This document shows, one piece after another, positions 36,952 to 48,859 of a stretch of 64,000 nucleotides of DNA; position 1 is the stretch's first letter; each line of letters begins with the position of its first letter. A program made the translations under genes and the position numbers. This DNA comes from Ramazzottius varieornatus (Eukaryota > Animalia > Tardigrada), in assembly GCA_001949185.1 (NCBI GenBank), contig BDGG01000001.1, positions 8,626,721 to 8,690,720 on the forward strand, given 5' to 3'. The notes below the pieces were generated by a model that saw only the letters and a program-made list of their open reading frames with translations, was not told the origin of the DNA and did not search any database.

Positions 36952-37953
36952 ATGGACATCGCGGCCCGTGCAAAACGTTTCATTTTGGTCATTAGCCTTG
37001 TATCTTTATGTCTCGTTTTCTCACTGATGATAAGCGATTCGTTTTCGTACGAGTCGGTAACAGGTGGTGTCAGGACTGTCAGGACTGCATTTCTTCTATC
37101 CGTAGGACAGAGGTCTAAATTTGTAATTTCAGGTTCAAACGGTTTTGTCTCTGAATCGGACCTTATTGTGCACTATGTCCGGTACTACGACAGTCTGTAT
37201 CCCAATAAGGACACCGACTCGCTGAAGTTGCTTGACTGCCTCGGTATCTATTCCGTAATCCTTAATCTGAAACCCACTGTCATCTACGTGCATACTAACG
37301 TCCCATCATTCTGGCCGTTTGATCGCTGCGAATCCCTTATGAACGTGACGATACGGTGGCCTGCAGTAGAATTTATATATGCGGCTCGAAAATTTGTTGC
37401 CAGCGGAAAACGCATTGGATGGATTCAACACGAAGCCGATATTCGTAAGATGATAGTCATCGAAGAGTACGGCGGACTGACTCTCGACTTCGATGTGTAT
37501 ATCGTCAACGGCACAGAAGTCCGGCGCTTGCTTGCAGAGAACCCTTGTATTGTATGCCACGAAGGAGCAGTGATCAACGCGGGCTTTTTTGGTTGTCGCG
37601 AACCACACGCTCGTTTTCCACAACTTGTGTTAAAGAAATCGTATCTGAGAAATTACGATCCGAAGTGCTGGACGTGTAATAGTGGAGCGATTCCAATGAA
37701 AATTCTAAAGCAGAATACCGCAACAGCAATGCTTGTGGACAATGTTTGCAACGCACCCATTTGGGATCAAAGAGCGGATTTTAACGATGGAAGGGGTGTT
37801 TTCGGTTGGAAAGAAAAACCTGCTTACCATTCATTTTTCCATAACAGCACATTTAGTCTAAAGGATGCAATGAAACTGGATTCTAGGCTTGGGGATGTCT
37901 TTCGCTGGATCCTGAAGGGCGGTCCGCCGGGCTTACTTGGTGCAATAAACTGA
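36952..37953 (+). CDS. GT32-family (DXD, alpha-1,4-glycosyltransferase-like) type II membrane protein, single exon
   Basis: N-terminal transmembrane segment and HEADIRK...EYGGLTLDFDV motif in an intact 333-aa ORF from the ATG at 36952. Confidence 0.85.
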   Translation: MDIAARAKRFILVISLVSLCLVFSLMISDSFSYESVTGGVRTVRTAFLLSVGQRSKFVISGSNGFVSESDLIVHYVRYYDSLYPNKDTDSLKLLDCLGIYSVILNLKPTVIYVHTNVPSFWPFDRCESLMNVTIRWPAVEFIYAARKFVASGKRIGWIQHEADIRKMIVIEEYGGLTLDFDVYIVNGTEVRRLLAENPCIVCHEGAVINAGFFGCREPHARFPQLVLKKSYLRNYDPKCWTCNSGAIPMKILKQNTATAMLVDNVCNAPIWDQRADFNDGRGVFGWKEKPAYHSFFHNSTFSLKDAMKLDSRLGDVFRWILKGGPPGLLGAIN

Positions 37954-38111
37954 CGCCGTGGATTGCTCGCAGTGCGTGCTTTTGCTACAATGAAGAAATT
38001 ACTGCCTTCCAGGTAATCCAATTGGATTAGCAGAAGTGAACGCACTATTGCAGCTGTGGTGAACTTGTGCATTCGCCCCAAACCAATTAAATTTAATGGT
38101 CTGCGAGGCAG

Positions 38112-38258
38112 TACTGTAATGCTTCATGAACTTGGCGAAGTGAGTCATCATACGCGCGAAACATCCCTCAGGGGATTGGTAGGGCAAAATTTCCGGACCG
38201 GGGTTCAACCGTGCGCGTATGTTGACTCACTTCGCCAAGTTCATGAAGCATTACAGTA
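38112..38258. mobile_element. MITE family A, copy 1
   Basis: Perfect 36-bp IR TACTGTAATGCTTCATGAACTTGGCGAAGTGAGTCA including the terminal TA. Confidence 0.92.
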
Positions 38259-38475
38259 CCCTCTTCACTGTACTGTAGCTGCAACTTTGTGCGATAATAT
38301 TGCAAACTCGCCTGAGCTTGTTTTTTGGCTTAATGTGTGCTCAGTAGCTATGGCTTGATTTTTTACGTTAAAACTTATTGATGAGCTGAACGAGCGTTAG
38401 CAGTTCTAAAGCCGGAGCTTGGTACGGACGCAACGGCCAACGTGTGTACGCGATCGGGCAGCGATTATTTTGAAA

Positions 38476-38793
38476 CTACCTATGACCTATGAGCGTGACT
38501 GTAGTGTCTTCACCGTTTGCGCTTCGCTGTTCAAAGCCAGTGTGTCTCACAGGGTCCTTCAGCGCATTGGCAATGGCATCAGATGTCAGATGTCGATCGG
38601 CGCTCTTGTACAGTCGGCTCACAACCGTTCCAATGTCTTTCTTAATAACATCGATGTCGTGCTTCAGTTCGATACTTTTCAGAATTCTGGTCACCATGGA
38701 TAGCTGCTTCTTGTCACTGCGGGAACATCTAGGTCGCTTTCGCTTTTCGGGTGAACACAATTTGCCACATAAGTTTGATCCGGTAGAAGACAT
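38476..38793 (-). CDS. Orphan CGKxC family small protein
   Basis: MSSTGSNLCGKLC...IELKHDIDVIKKDIGTVVSRL. Confidence 0.6.
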   Translation of the reverse strand: MSSTGSNLCGKLCSPEKRKRPRCSRSDKKQLSMVTRILKSIELKHDIDVIKKDIGTVVSRLYKSADRHLTSDAIANALKDPVRHTGFEQRSANGEDTTVTLIGHR

Positions 38794-39644
38794 GATAGCC
38801 GGTAGAGCAGCAAACACTTGTGGTAGCACCCCCGTTTTCTAATGTCACTAAACCAACTTCGGTAAGGGTGGCGTAAGTAATCTATCGATTCAGGCAAAGT
38901 GATCGATGAATATCGATAATCTGTTAGGTCAAGTTTGCTGGAATCAAAAAAGAAGCAACCAGATCGTGTAAGTCTGTACCTTGCTTCTTCAAGAGCAGGT
39001 GCAAATTTCTATCGAAGCTGATCGAGACCGCAGTGTGGAATCGTCGCCTATTACTGCTTGCCGACGCCCCAGGGTATGCAGCAAGAACCGGTACAAAACG
39101 ACTGCATCTTCTGCGCTTGGACTTTTTCATAAAGAGAATAGTGCACAGTACATGTGTAGTGTAGAGTTTGCTCGGTATGATGTTAAATTAATGTAGGCAT
39201 TTCATCGTGAGCTGATCGCGATTTTTAGGGATACGCGGCGAAACTATCACACCGCAGTCTTCAGGCGGTAAGAGGAAGTGAAGAACCGGTCCAAGACGCC
39301 ACCAAAAAGTGAAGCCTTTCTACCTGTCCAACTGAAGTGGAAAAAGCTCGACATGCTTTGCAGCGCTTTCGGCTAATGGAGAGTTCGTTAGGTCTCTTCT
39401 TTCGCAATACAGTCTGGTAGCTCGAAATGCGGTACCTGATTCTCCGATTTCAGTTAGAGGTCCGCTCTATATGGGACACACATTGCGTGCCAAGACATAA
39501 TTCAACCTTTCGTGACACATACATAACGCCATGCGTTGGCGTGTCTGAGCAATTAATCAAGTGACAAACAACTGCTCTGCAGTGCTGCGCATGGCGAGCA
39601 GTATGGACAATTTTGCACGATACTTTTGTTTTGAAATCGGAAAT

Positions 39645-39783
39645 TACTGTAATGCTTCATGAACTTCGCGAGTCCGTTATCATACGCGTGGAGTTGAACC
39701 CCGGTCCGAAAATTTTGCCCTACCAATCCCCTAAGGGATTTTCATGATGACATGTTTCGCGAAGTTCGTGAAGCACTATAGTA
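39645..39783. mobile_element. MITE family A, copy 2 (inverted, more diverged)
   Basis: Same TIR start; internal CCCTACCAATCCCCT is the reverse complement of the copy 1 interior. Confidence 0.88.
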
Positions 39784-40355
39784 GGTACAGCGTTGCGGTT
39801 AGTATTCTTTCTCCCATCGAAAGTAAAGTTGAGCTCGTCAAGGTAGACGTCAACGTGCAGCCAAATCGACAGACCATAGAGTGACGAAAGACACGGGAAG
39901 AGACGATCGTGCTCTCGTAAATCACTACAGAGATTAAGTTACCACTCCCGTTCGTTTACCCACTGTAGCTAAGGCTCACTCCGCCCATTTTCTGACGTGT
40001 AACTGCAATTTTCTTTCCGGAGCTCCCCTTATTTTCAGAAAATAGCGTAATGGGATTTACGGTTAGCTAATGGTGAAGCATAGTGACTATTCAAAGTTGT
40101 AATCAGCTGCTCCGCTTATAAGTGACGTTGAGGCTCATTTTAGCTACAGTCGGACTTTCATCCGGCGGTGGCAACTTAGTTTCTGTATTTTCTGAATCGG
40201 GGTAAATCCTTCGCCGGTGTTTGCGAAGCGTCCACTCATAGTATTCCCAAAATGTCCCTGGAAAGCAGCCCATGTTTAATGTTATAGGCCTATGTTTAAT
40301 GTTATAAGGATCGCAGAACCTTGCTCTGTCACCGAAAAGCAAGAGAGACGATACG

Positions 40356-40449
40356 ATGCGCGTAACCGATGTTCTCAAAATTCAAAGTCAGAGCGCTACT
40401 GGCGTACTGTAATGTCACTCCGAGTTTTGAGAACATCGGTTACGCGCAT
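40356..40449. repeat. Perfect 25-bp inverted repeat about 140 bp upstream of the B3GAT3-like ATG
   Basis: ATGCGCGTAACCGATGTTCTCAAAA (40356-40380) and its reverse complement (40425-40449), with TACTGTAATG in the loop. Confidence 0.85.
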
Positions 40450-40589
40450 TTTACCATTTCTCTCTCTCTCTGTTTCTCTTCTTGTGCTTCTCTCTTCGGC
40501 TCACGGATCTTGATGTTCTACAGGTTGGAGAGGTGTTGCCAGATCTTCATTCTGGTTAGCTGAGCTATGCACGACGAACTGACGAAGAG

Positions 40590-43500
40590 ATGGTGGGCTT
40601 GGCACGAAAGAGTCGTATGGCGCAAGTGGTCAGCCTCACTTTCGCCGTCATCTTCCTCTTGATCGTCGTGTACGGCGCCGCGACCGCCTGGCACGCTTCT
40701 CGTATTCCCCCCATCTACATCATCACACCGACCTATGCTCGTCCCAACCAGAAAGTGGACCTGACCACCCGTCTCTCCCACGCACTCCAGCTAGCTCGAG
40801 GCATCCACTGGATCGTCGTGGAAGATTCCGATCACAAGACCACCCTCGTGGCTAATCTTCTTTCCAGGACCTCTCTTCCTTACACGCACCTGCACATCCC
40901 CACACCCGACCACATGAAGCGCCAGCCTCACGAGGAATTCGGGGCCAAGCCACGAGGCGTCCTCCAGCGGAACGAAGGTCTACGTTGGCTGCGGGAGGAA
41001 TTGCTATCGCGTAATAACCGCGATGGCTTCTTGTATTTCGCAGATGACGATAATGGCTACGACCTGGAACTCTTCGATGAGATACGCACCATCAAAAACG
41101 CCGGAGTGTGGCCCGTCGCGTTTGCAGGTAAGGAGATCGAGGAGAAGCCAATTCTACCTTTTACAGTACGAGGGAGCGGTTGTTGAGTTAGCCGGTGGCC
41201 GGTGTATGCCGAGGTTGTTGAGAACCATAGACTGCAGCGAGTAGGCCTTCTGAAGGCCTACTCCTAATAACTAGTGGCTAACTCAACAAGTTAACAACCG
41301 TTTCTACAGCCGGCTCAATAAGTCAATAACCTCTCCCTCGTATCGACAAAAACACGGTCAAAGCCGTGATCGGCACCAACCTGACAAGAATTTTCATATC
41401 CATATCAGGTCTTTACCTATGAAATTTCGGTTCTCGACGGATCATCTTTGAAACCTCTTTGCGACTTTGTATGACGACTTTCAAAGTCTAACTTGGACTG
41501 GATCAAACTAGCAGTCTTTCGACAATTTTCGAAAAAGAAAGCTAGCCGCAGTGAACGTCCTAGAAAATAAGAAAAATTGTAAGGAAAGGAAGACCCTCGA
41601 AACGGAGTCCCATTCGAAATTCTTCTCTTCCGACAGTGGCGGTTTGATCCAGAAAGTGTCGCGAACTTTGCTACATAACTCGTGCTTTGTAGTAAAGGAA
41701 ACCGAGCGTGGAAAATCGGCCTGCAGAATTTCAGAAAGAAGATTCCCTGGAAAACCGGGTGGTGATCAAAGTCGTCTGAGGTGCGCAAGTTTAGTGAGGT
41801 ATTCGCTTCCGAATTTTCGTGTCTCACGGCTTCGACCGTTCCTTCATATATGGTGCCAGGGGACGCAGCTGATGTGTCCCATATCACCATTCCAAATTCG
41901 GAAAGAATTGTTCGCCGAGGAGCCTTGGTCAACACTCGGTATCTCTGAAAACTTGCTTTGCTGGAATCTGAGGGTAAATTTGCAACCGGCTGATTTTGTG
42001 AAAAAAAACTTTCCAACCAAAAATTTTGCCTGCTTACGAAATTATATTCATCTTGCTATTATTTCTCATACAGCTAAAACTTTTAACCCAATCAGGCGAT
42101 AAGCGGTGGTCAATACCTTGCGAAATTCTCAGAATTTTGCGATAAGTTAATGTTTTGGAATGGCCATAGGCACCCTTATCGCACCCTTATTCAATAGATC
42201 AATCAAGAAGCCTCTAATCCGGCAAATAAGTATCGACACCCCGAGTTTTATTGAGAGGCAGAAACCATGTTTGTATGACAAGAGGGGAATTGCAAAGCAT
42301 ACGAAGGAATCCAAGAAACACGAAACGAATCCATCAAAATCTGTTTAAGATTCAACAGATAGTAAATTCATTTGTGGCTCACGAAACGAAGGGGGGTTCG
42401 CTTCGTTTGCCACGACAGAAATTTTCAGTCAGTTTGAGTCGGTCACTAATATTCTCGAGTAATCCCTCAGCTTAGTTGCTCGTTTCTTAAATTCTTCTGC
42501 TAACTTTGCAACTCCCCTAAGATCAAGTGCTCCATCCCACAATGGGTCTGTTGTCGAGCATGGTATTACAGTCCTACCTCCGAGATGTGTCAATTCAAAC
42601 CCTTGATTCCTATATGCAATGACCCATCTGTTCACTACACGGCAAACCAGAGCGCCCGAAATATGGTTAGCCATACAGTACAAAGCTGCCATTTAATACC
42701 AAGTATTCTATCACAGTCAGAAGTTCAGATCACGAACTCACCTTCTCTCGGTCATGTGGTACACTCCAGCAGCTCTAAAACAGTTCCGAATAGTGCTTTC
42801 TTTGACTGCTGCCCATCCTCTGACAACCCACTTGACCGCATCCAAAACGTTGATAGACTTCGTATTGTCAGAAGCACTACTGAAATTATAGAGGCTCTTT
42901 CTTCGATGTTTCTACTGAAATTATAGAGGCTCTTTCTTCAGCCTTGAATCTTTGCTCGTACTTCTTGTAGGACGCTATGATGCCTTTGTCGAGAGGTTGA
43001 ACCTTGCTTGTCAGGTTCGGTGGAAGGAATACAAGTCTGACGTTCGACTTGCTATCGACGCGATGGGCTGAGAAGTTATCAAGGAGCAGCAGGATCTTTC
43101 GCTTCTGGGCTTTCATGCTGTTATTGAGGTTCGTAAGCCATTCTTCAAATATTCCTGTCTTCATCCATGCAGTAGAGTTCGCATACCAACTGAAGCCCGC
43201 TTTCTGGATATCTAACTTGGCTTTCGTGAAGAAGCGAGGTTTCGTCCAATTTCCAATGATGAGGGGCGGCAATTTCTTTCCGGCTGCGCTGCAACAAAAA
43301 AGAACTGACAGTCTTTCTTTGTTGACTTTTCCGCCTTTCTTCTTCTGTCCCTTCTTCGTCAGAGTCTTCTTCGGTAGAGCACGATACTGAGTCCCAGTTT
43401 CGTCACAGTTAAAAATGTCTTCGTTCTTGTAAGACTGTATGATGGTTGGGATGTCGTTGGATATCCAGCTGTCAGCAACGTCTTGACTTGCAGAAGCTTC

Positions 43501-46204
43501 TTCACCTGATAACATGAGTAACGAAACCTAGAGAAATTGGAAGGAGAGAATTTCATATTCAAAGCCAGAGCACTACCGTGCAGCACGACGGATCCGAGGT
43601 CATATCGCTTCATGAATTTATGTACCCATCCGTTACTTCCGGTGAACCCTTTGATCTGCAGTCTTTGCGCAATGTCCAGGGCTTCTTGCTTCAGATCATT
43701 CCTGGAAAGCGGCATGTCTCTCGCATGACAGTCCTCCACAAACTTCAGCAGTACTTTCTCCACTTCTTCGAACTTTCGTATTGTGATGATCTTCTTCGGA
43801 GTTTTGTCATCCTCTGGAGTTGACAAAAACAACTCTCTCTTCTTGTCCAATCGACGCACCGTGGTTTTGGACTTGATATTAAATATTCGCATCACCTCAC
43901 TCAAACACATCTGAAACCAATCGCGAGATCACAACAGCACGATAGAAAATCTCGAACGATGAAATCGATGAATTTGGCCAAGCGCAGGCTTACCTTCTTC
44001 GGATACAGTCGCAGGATTTCTTTCTTGTCTTTCAGCGTCAAACGTTTCCGTGCTCGTCCAGCCGTGTTAACCTCCATCTGCGTAGCCATGGTGGAATACA
44101 GTAACAATGTCTGGAAGCTTTGAGCAGTAAAGAGAGAGATTGCTTGCGAATTAAGAAAGAAGCAATCAGTCAAATGTGCAACGGTGCTTGTTGCACGAGT
44201 AGAACGAATCAAGTGAATGGGGAATCAACTACAATTTCTTGTAGTCCCTATGGACCGCCATGTTTTTGGTTAGCGATACGGTGATCTGCATGATTCGGTC
44301 AAATTAAAGCAATTGACACATCTCGGAGGTAGGACTGTAAGCCTAACACGTATTGCGGCAGCTTCATCTACTGTAATGGTCAGTTGAGGTTTCCCTATGT
44401 CCACTCGTTTTCGGTCTTCGGCCACGGCGTTGGTCGCACGTAGAGTACGTTCTGGTTTCAGTTGCACTGGCTAACCATTCGCGTTGGTCCTTTTACAAAC
44501 AATAATCCGCTTTGGTTCTTGTTTCTCACAACCTCCGCCAAGAAACTACGAACCAATGGGCCGCATAAATTACTCCCGTAAGGTTGTAATTGAACCGAAA
44601 AGAACTCCACGGTCACATCCCGAGTTTCTCCCCCGTGTATCTGAGAGAGCTGGAGTTTTACGTGGTCTGACAGGTCGGAGTTCAGGCTATTGTAGACGTA
44701 CACGACATCTGAATCTCGTGGTTAATGAAATTCATGATAAGCGAACGTGGAAAATTTTTTTTGGGCATGTTGAGGTCGTCCAATCGCATCGATGGGTGAC
44801 GTCGATACAGCTAGACTCGAGGTGGTACACAGTCTGGGTGTGATACCAAGGAGGAAGTGACGGCTCGGTGCATCAGCCTTCCACCTGTTCCTTAGCGTGC
44901 TCAGAGACCCCTTATTATTGAGAAATAAAGCTGAAGAGGATGAAGGGTAGGATGGCGGTTGAGAAATTCGTAAAATGCAAAGAGCGCTAATAAAGTTGCG
45001 TGTGAACAATGTTCCGTCTAGAGAACTCCATGAACATATCATGCGGGACAATCTCTGCCGGAAAGCAGGACGAGTTAACAGCCGGCCATGGCGAGTTGCT
45101 GGATAGAGTTAGCGAACAAGGAAGTACATTGAGCTGACCAGCAAGAGTACGTGAATGCAACGCACGTGTACATTGCATCGCACACACGTATCAGAACAGT
45201 CCAGGAAAAACGTCATGTCCGGTCGGGTAGTTATAGGAAGGGAAAACAGGACTCATGATGCCCTTGAACGCAAGCTCGTCCCGCTACAATGTTCTCTTGA
45301 ATTTGACGCACATCTTGAGAATTTGGTTGTACGTGATGTCGACCATCAGTATTTCGGGAGCTGCAGCGAAAAGCGTTCTCATCTTACTTACCGTACTTTA
45401 AGTTTGGATTAAGAACAGCAGAGTACCTGAAATTCCGACGGAGAGACTGAATTCAAAAACAGGGGTGTCCATTGTAATATCGCATAAAAGAGGTGCTTGA
45501 ATTAATGATTAAATCGGGGTGCATACAGCCAAGATATTAGGGTGATGCATACAGCATCACCCTAATATTTTTTTAGGAAATGTTGAAACATCTTTCATGG
45601 GCAGTTTACTACCTATTTGAGGGAAGATATTTGAGATCTTATTTGCGCCAAATTTCAAGAGGAAAGATGGAAGCGTTCCATTGAGAAGAATTTCTAAGCT
45701 AGGGGTACCGAAAACGGCAGAAACCGCCAATCAAGTGCAGCGATAGGCGACAATCAAACAAGCAGTGATATCAGTGCAGGTGTTATTTGCTGGCGTGATG
45801 ACGTCACTCGCAGAACTATCGAGGGAATACAGTAAAGTTTTTACGGGCTGTTCATAGGCGGAGTGATGGTAGAGAAGCCTCTGCTCAAAAACGGCAAAGT
45901 CGTCGGTTGGGATGTCGCGTTCGAACCGAAAAGAGAATTCGCAGTCGACATGGCTGGCTTCGCAGTGTCTGTGAAATTGCTGATGGACCGTCCGGAAGCT
46001 CGGTTTGACTTCGATCAACCACCTGGACATCAGGAAACTTATTTCTTGAAAAGTCTGGGTTTAAAGAAGAGGAATATGGAACCGAAGGCCAAGAACTGTA
46101 CGCAGGTGCTGGTGTGGCATACCAAGACAAAAGAGCCGATCTTGATCCTGGAGAAAATTCTGAACCAAATAGGCAAACAAACGGACAAAGGCATGGAAGT
46201 ATAG
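40590..46204 (+). CDS. B3GAT3: Galactosylgalactosylxylosylprotein 3-beta-glucuronosyltransferase (GT43, GlcAT-I-like); exons 40590-41127 and 45858-46204
   Basis: Transmembrane segment, ITPTYAR, HWIVVED, PRGVLQRN, YFADDDN. A phase-1 GTAAG..TAG intron joins VWPVAFAG to GVMVEKP. Exon 2 has FAVDMAGFAV, EPKAKNCTQVLVWHTKT and a terminal MEV. Confidence 0.93.
41167..41342. mobile_element. Mariner-type MITE in the B3GAT3 intron
   Basis: 24-bp IR TACGAGGGAG(C/A)GGTT(G/A)TTGA(G/C)TTA with TA ends. Confidence 0.85.
42760..44089 (-). mobile_element. Tigger/pogo (CENP-B-like) transposase gene with two introns and a disrupted 3' end
   Basis: RKRLTLKDK; HTH FTGSNGWVHKFMKR; FNCDETG / LLDNFSAH / QPLD (DD29D). 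Introns 43911-43993 and 43506-43576 restore the frame. A 35-bp-period duplication at 42877-42939 and a frameshift precede INVLDAV..W..TIRNCF. Confidence 0.9.
44458..44770 (-). pseudogene. Ulp1/C48-like cysteine protease relic
   Basis: Frameshifted IFHV..H.ISL, VYVYNSL and QLQPYGSNLCG parallel the H..D..Q-x-Q-xx-G-xx-CG pattern. Confidence 0.5.
45742..45834. mobile_element. Right half of MITE family B
   Basis: Matches 53043-53135 and ends AACTATCGAGGGAATACAGTA. Confidence 0.85.
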
Positions 46205-47007
46205 ACCAACTCTTGCCCGGGTTGTCTCCGGAAACTTTCTCGCGATCTAGCGGTATGATAGTCTGTGTTGCTCAATGAGTCATGACATCATCCTTCGGTT
46301 CCAGAACAACCAGGAGAGTATAGCACAGAAATTTTTTCTACGTAATTTTTTCGGCGTTGAATCTGTTCCTTTTCGTCGTGCAATTTTGTCGTTTTAGTTT
46401 TTAACTTTTCTCTGTTTGACTTCAGATTTCTTTCGAGTTCTATTGTGAGGTCACGCATCTTCACCGATTATATTATTTATTGTCTTTTCCCGCAAAACTA
46501 AATTTAAATTTTCATGTACTTGAAGTTTCATTTATCAGTTTCATGAAACAAAATTTTTGTGTCGGAAACACGTCGAATGGTTGAAAATAAAATTCAGGAA
46601 TATAAATGTCATCTAGTCGGGAGTGTACAAACTTCCCACAAAGGCAATATCTCTCTTCAAAGACTTGGATCCCGCTTTCATCTTATCCACCAAAAAGATG
46701 TTACCAAAGATCTTTGCGGTGTTCTTGACGTTCTTACAGACCTTATCCAGTCTTTTCATCGTCCTAATGATAATACCTTCTTGGACATCGGTCATTTTCG
46801 TAATGTCCACAAACTTCATGCCGGCGCACCAATTGTAAACCATGTCTGCCAGGCCGACGTTCAGCTGGTCCGCCATCTGGCTCGTCGCTTGCTTCATCCC
46901 CTCCTCGCGCTGCTTAATGTCGGTCATCGTTACTATCGACCTCATCGTGCCGATTCCTACAAAGAACACATTTTTTAGAATGTTCGCTTCCATTTGGTCC
47001 ATTTGAG

Positions 47008-47292
47008 AGCTCAGCACACTTATTCGACGAGATCGTTTTTCCAGTGGCGCCCGCTTTCGGTTTACTGGCTGAGAACCTGCGCTACTCGAAAAAAAACACT
47101 CTTGTCGAGTTTGAATTCTTTGCCCGAGTTATGCACGTCTGCAGTGTCACTGGCTAGGGGCGCTCGCCACTTGGAAAAATACGGTGCTGTCGAGTCTGTT
47201 TTTTTCTCCAAGTGGCGCACGTTATTAATGGCGTTGGCTGGAGCCGTGCACCGCTTCGGAAGACAACCTTGTCCAGTTTGTTTGCCTAGGTT
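47008..47292. repeat. Triple palindromic element in a SKI2 intron
   Basis: Three GGCGCA..GCGCC-type cores inside one pair of outer arms. Confidence 0.85.
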
Positions 47293-48304
47293 ACCTTCGG
47301 AAAATCCAAAGTAAGGTACTTTGTTGTGAAGTGGTGTGTTCAGGAACGATCACTGACATTCTTGCAGTAGAGGAGGGACTATCAGTTGGTCTTTCGCCTT
47401 GCCCTAGAGACTAGGCCAGACAACAGAGCGGCAATCTCGGCTGGTTCACGTTCGGTGAAGACGTTGGCGAACATGCATTCCGCGACCACCAGGTCTTACT
47501 CTGAGGTGGATACTCCTCAGGCAACACGACCTCGAAGCGTCGCCGTGTCGTTCTGATCGACATACCTCATCTCCTTCAGCACCTCCACTCGCTCGCGGTA
47601 TTCTGGCAGGAACTATAGGCGATAGGCAGTAGGTGACGCAGGCGGGCAATTTCTTCTATGTGCTTCATTTACTTGTTGAACACTTTCCTCTGAAATACTA
47701 GAAAGAAAAACATTCACCAGTCGGATTTTTTCTGAATTATTTTCGAAAATAACAAGAAACAATTTACTTTTATGTTTATACATGGATGGAAAATTTAGAA
47801 AAATCCACAGAAGTTTTCCAGTCGACTTTCTAAACGGGAAAATTTACCCTTACGTGATCGTCACCGAATTCTGGGCACCAGATACAGTTAAAAGACTTAA
47901 GACTGATTTCCGTCGCCACCAGGTTATCCAACTCATGGGTGCCGTTAGCCGTACGAAGTTCGTGTCATGATTGCATGAGGAGGCGCAGCTAAACGCACCC
48001 CTACTGTAAAATCAGCTGATCCCAAAATTGTGAGACCCCTAGACAAAGTTATAGTGGCAGCCCCGCGTTGTCGGGTCAAGTTCAAACGGTGCACTTCCCC
48101 CCTGACGGATCATGACACGAACGTTTTTGGCGAGCTGCATCCATGATCCAACTGATCCACGAGGTCCACGTCCGCCATCTTGAAATCCTTCGTCGGCGTC
48201 AAGATATTCACTCGGCTTGTGGAAGCAGTCGCGGTCTGCGCTGCTGTCTTCTCTATCAATATTTGTCTTGTTTCCTGAAGAAGAAGCGAAATAATCAGTA
48301 TCCA

Positions 48305-48400
48305 GGCGCCCAACAGACACACTCGAAAAGATAATTTTCCCAAGTGGCGCACGTATCCAGTGTTAAGGCTAGAAGCGTGCGCCACTTTAAAACTGGCTCA
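48305..48400. repeat. Palindromic element
   Basis: CCCAAGTGGCGCA-N26-TGCGCCACTT. Confidence 0.85.
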
Positions 48401-48859
48401 TTCCAAGTTCCCATTACTGTATTGTCGTTTCACTTTCTCGGTTCTATATTTTGATTACTTCAAGTTGACAGTTTTCAAAATCAAATTATCTTGTTGTTCT
48501 TCCATTGCCGACTTGCTGTTGGTGCTCGCCGCTTCCGCCGACGACCTACTGGCATTCACCTCGGCTTTAATGATGGCGTGGACAGCGTTGCGGATCACTC
48601 GTCCATCGATACGTTGTACCGCGGAGCTTTACTGGTGTTGGCGTACTCTGAGAAGCTTCGCTTCATCATGTCCGTGATGGAGATGGTGCCGATGCGGAGT
48701 AGCTGCAGGATCATTCCGTAGGTCAACCGGAACTGCGATTCTAACTTCATTGGCACGCCTAAAATCATCTGTTGCAGCTTGCTGATGTCCGATATCCTTG
48801 CTGTCTTACTAAAACGACGAGAAAGGTCAATGATAGAAAGTATCCAGACTTCACGCAAA

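Noticed and set aside
41417-42102. Overlapping 199-aa and 183-aa ORFs in the B3GAT3 intron
   Set aside because: Non-ATG starts and no recognisable domain.
45534-45568. 15-bp perfect hairpin ATATTAGGGTGATGC as a terminator
   Set aside because: The context is a eukaryotic intron; more likely a collapsed TIR remnant.
47480-47525. TGA at a conserved Cys in SKI2 as selenocysteine or an alternative genetic code
   Set aside because: A TAA follows seven codons later, and the gene has a TAG insertion and a large deletion. Intact neighbouring genes use the standard code.
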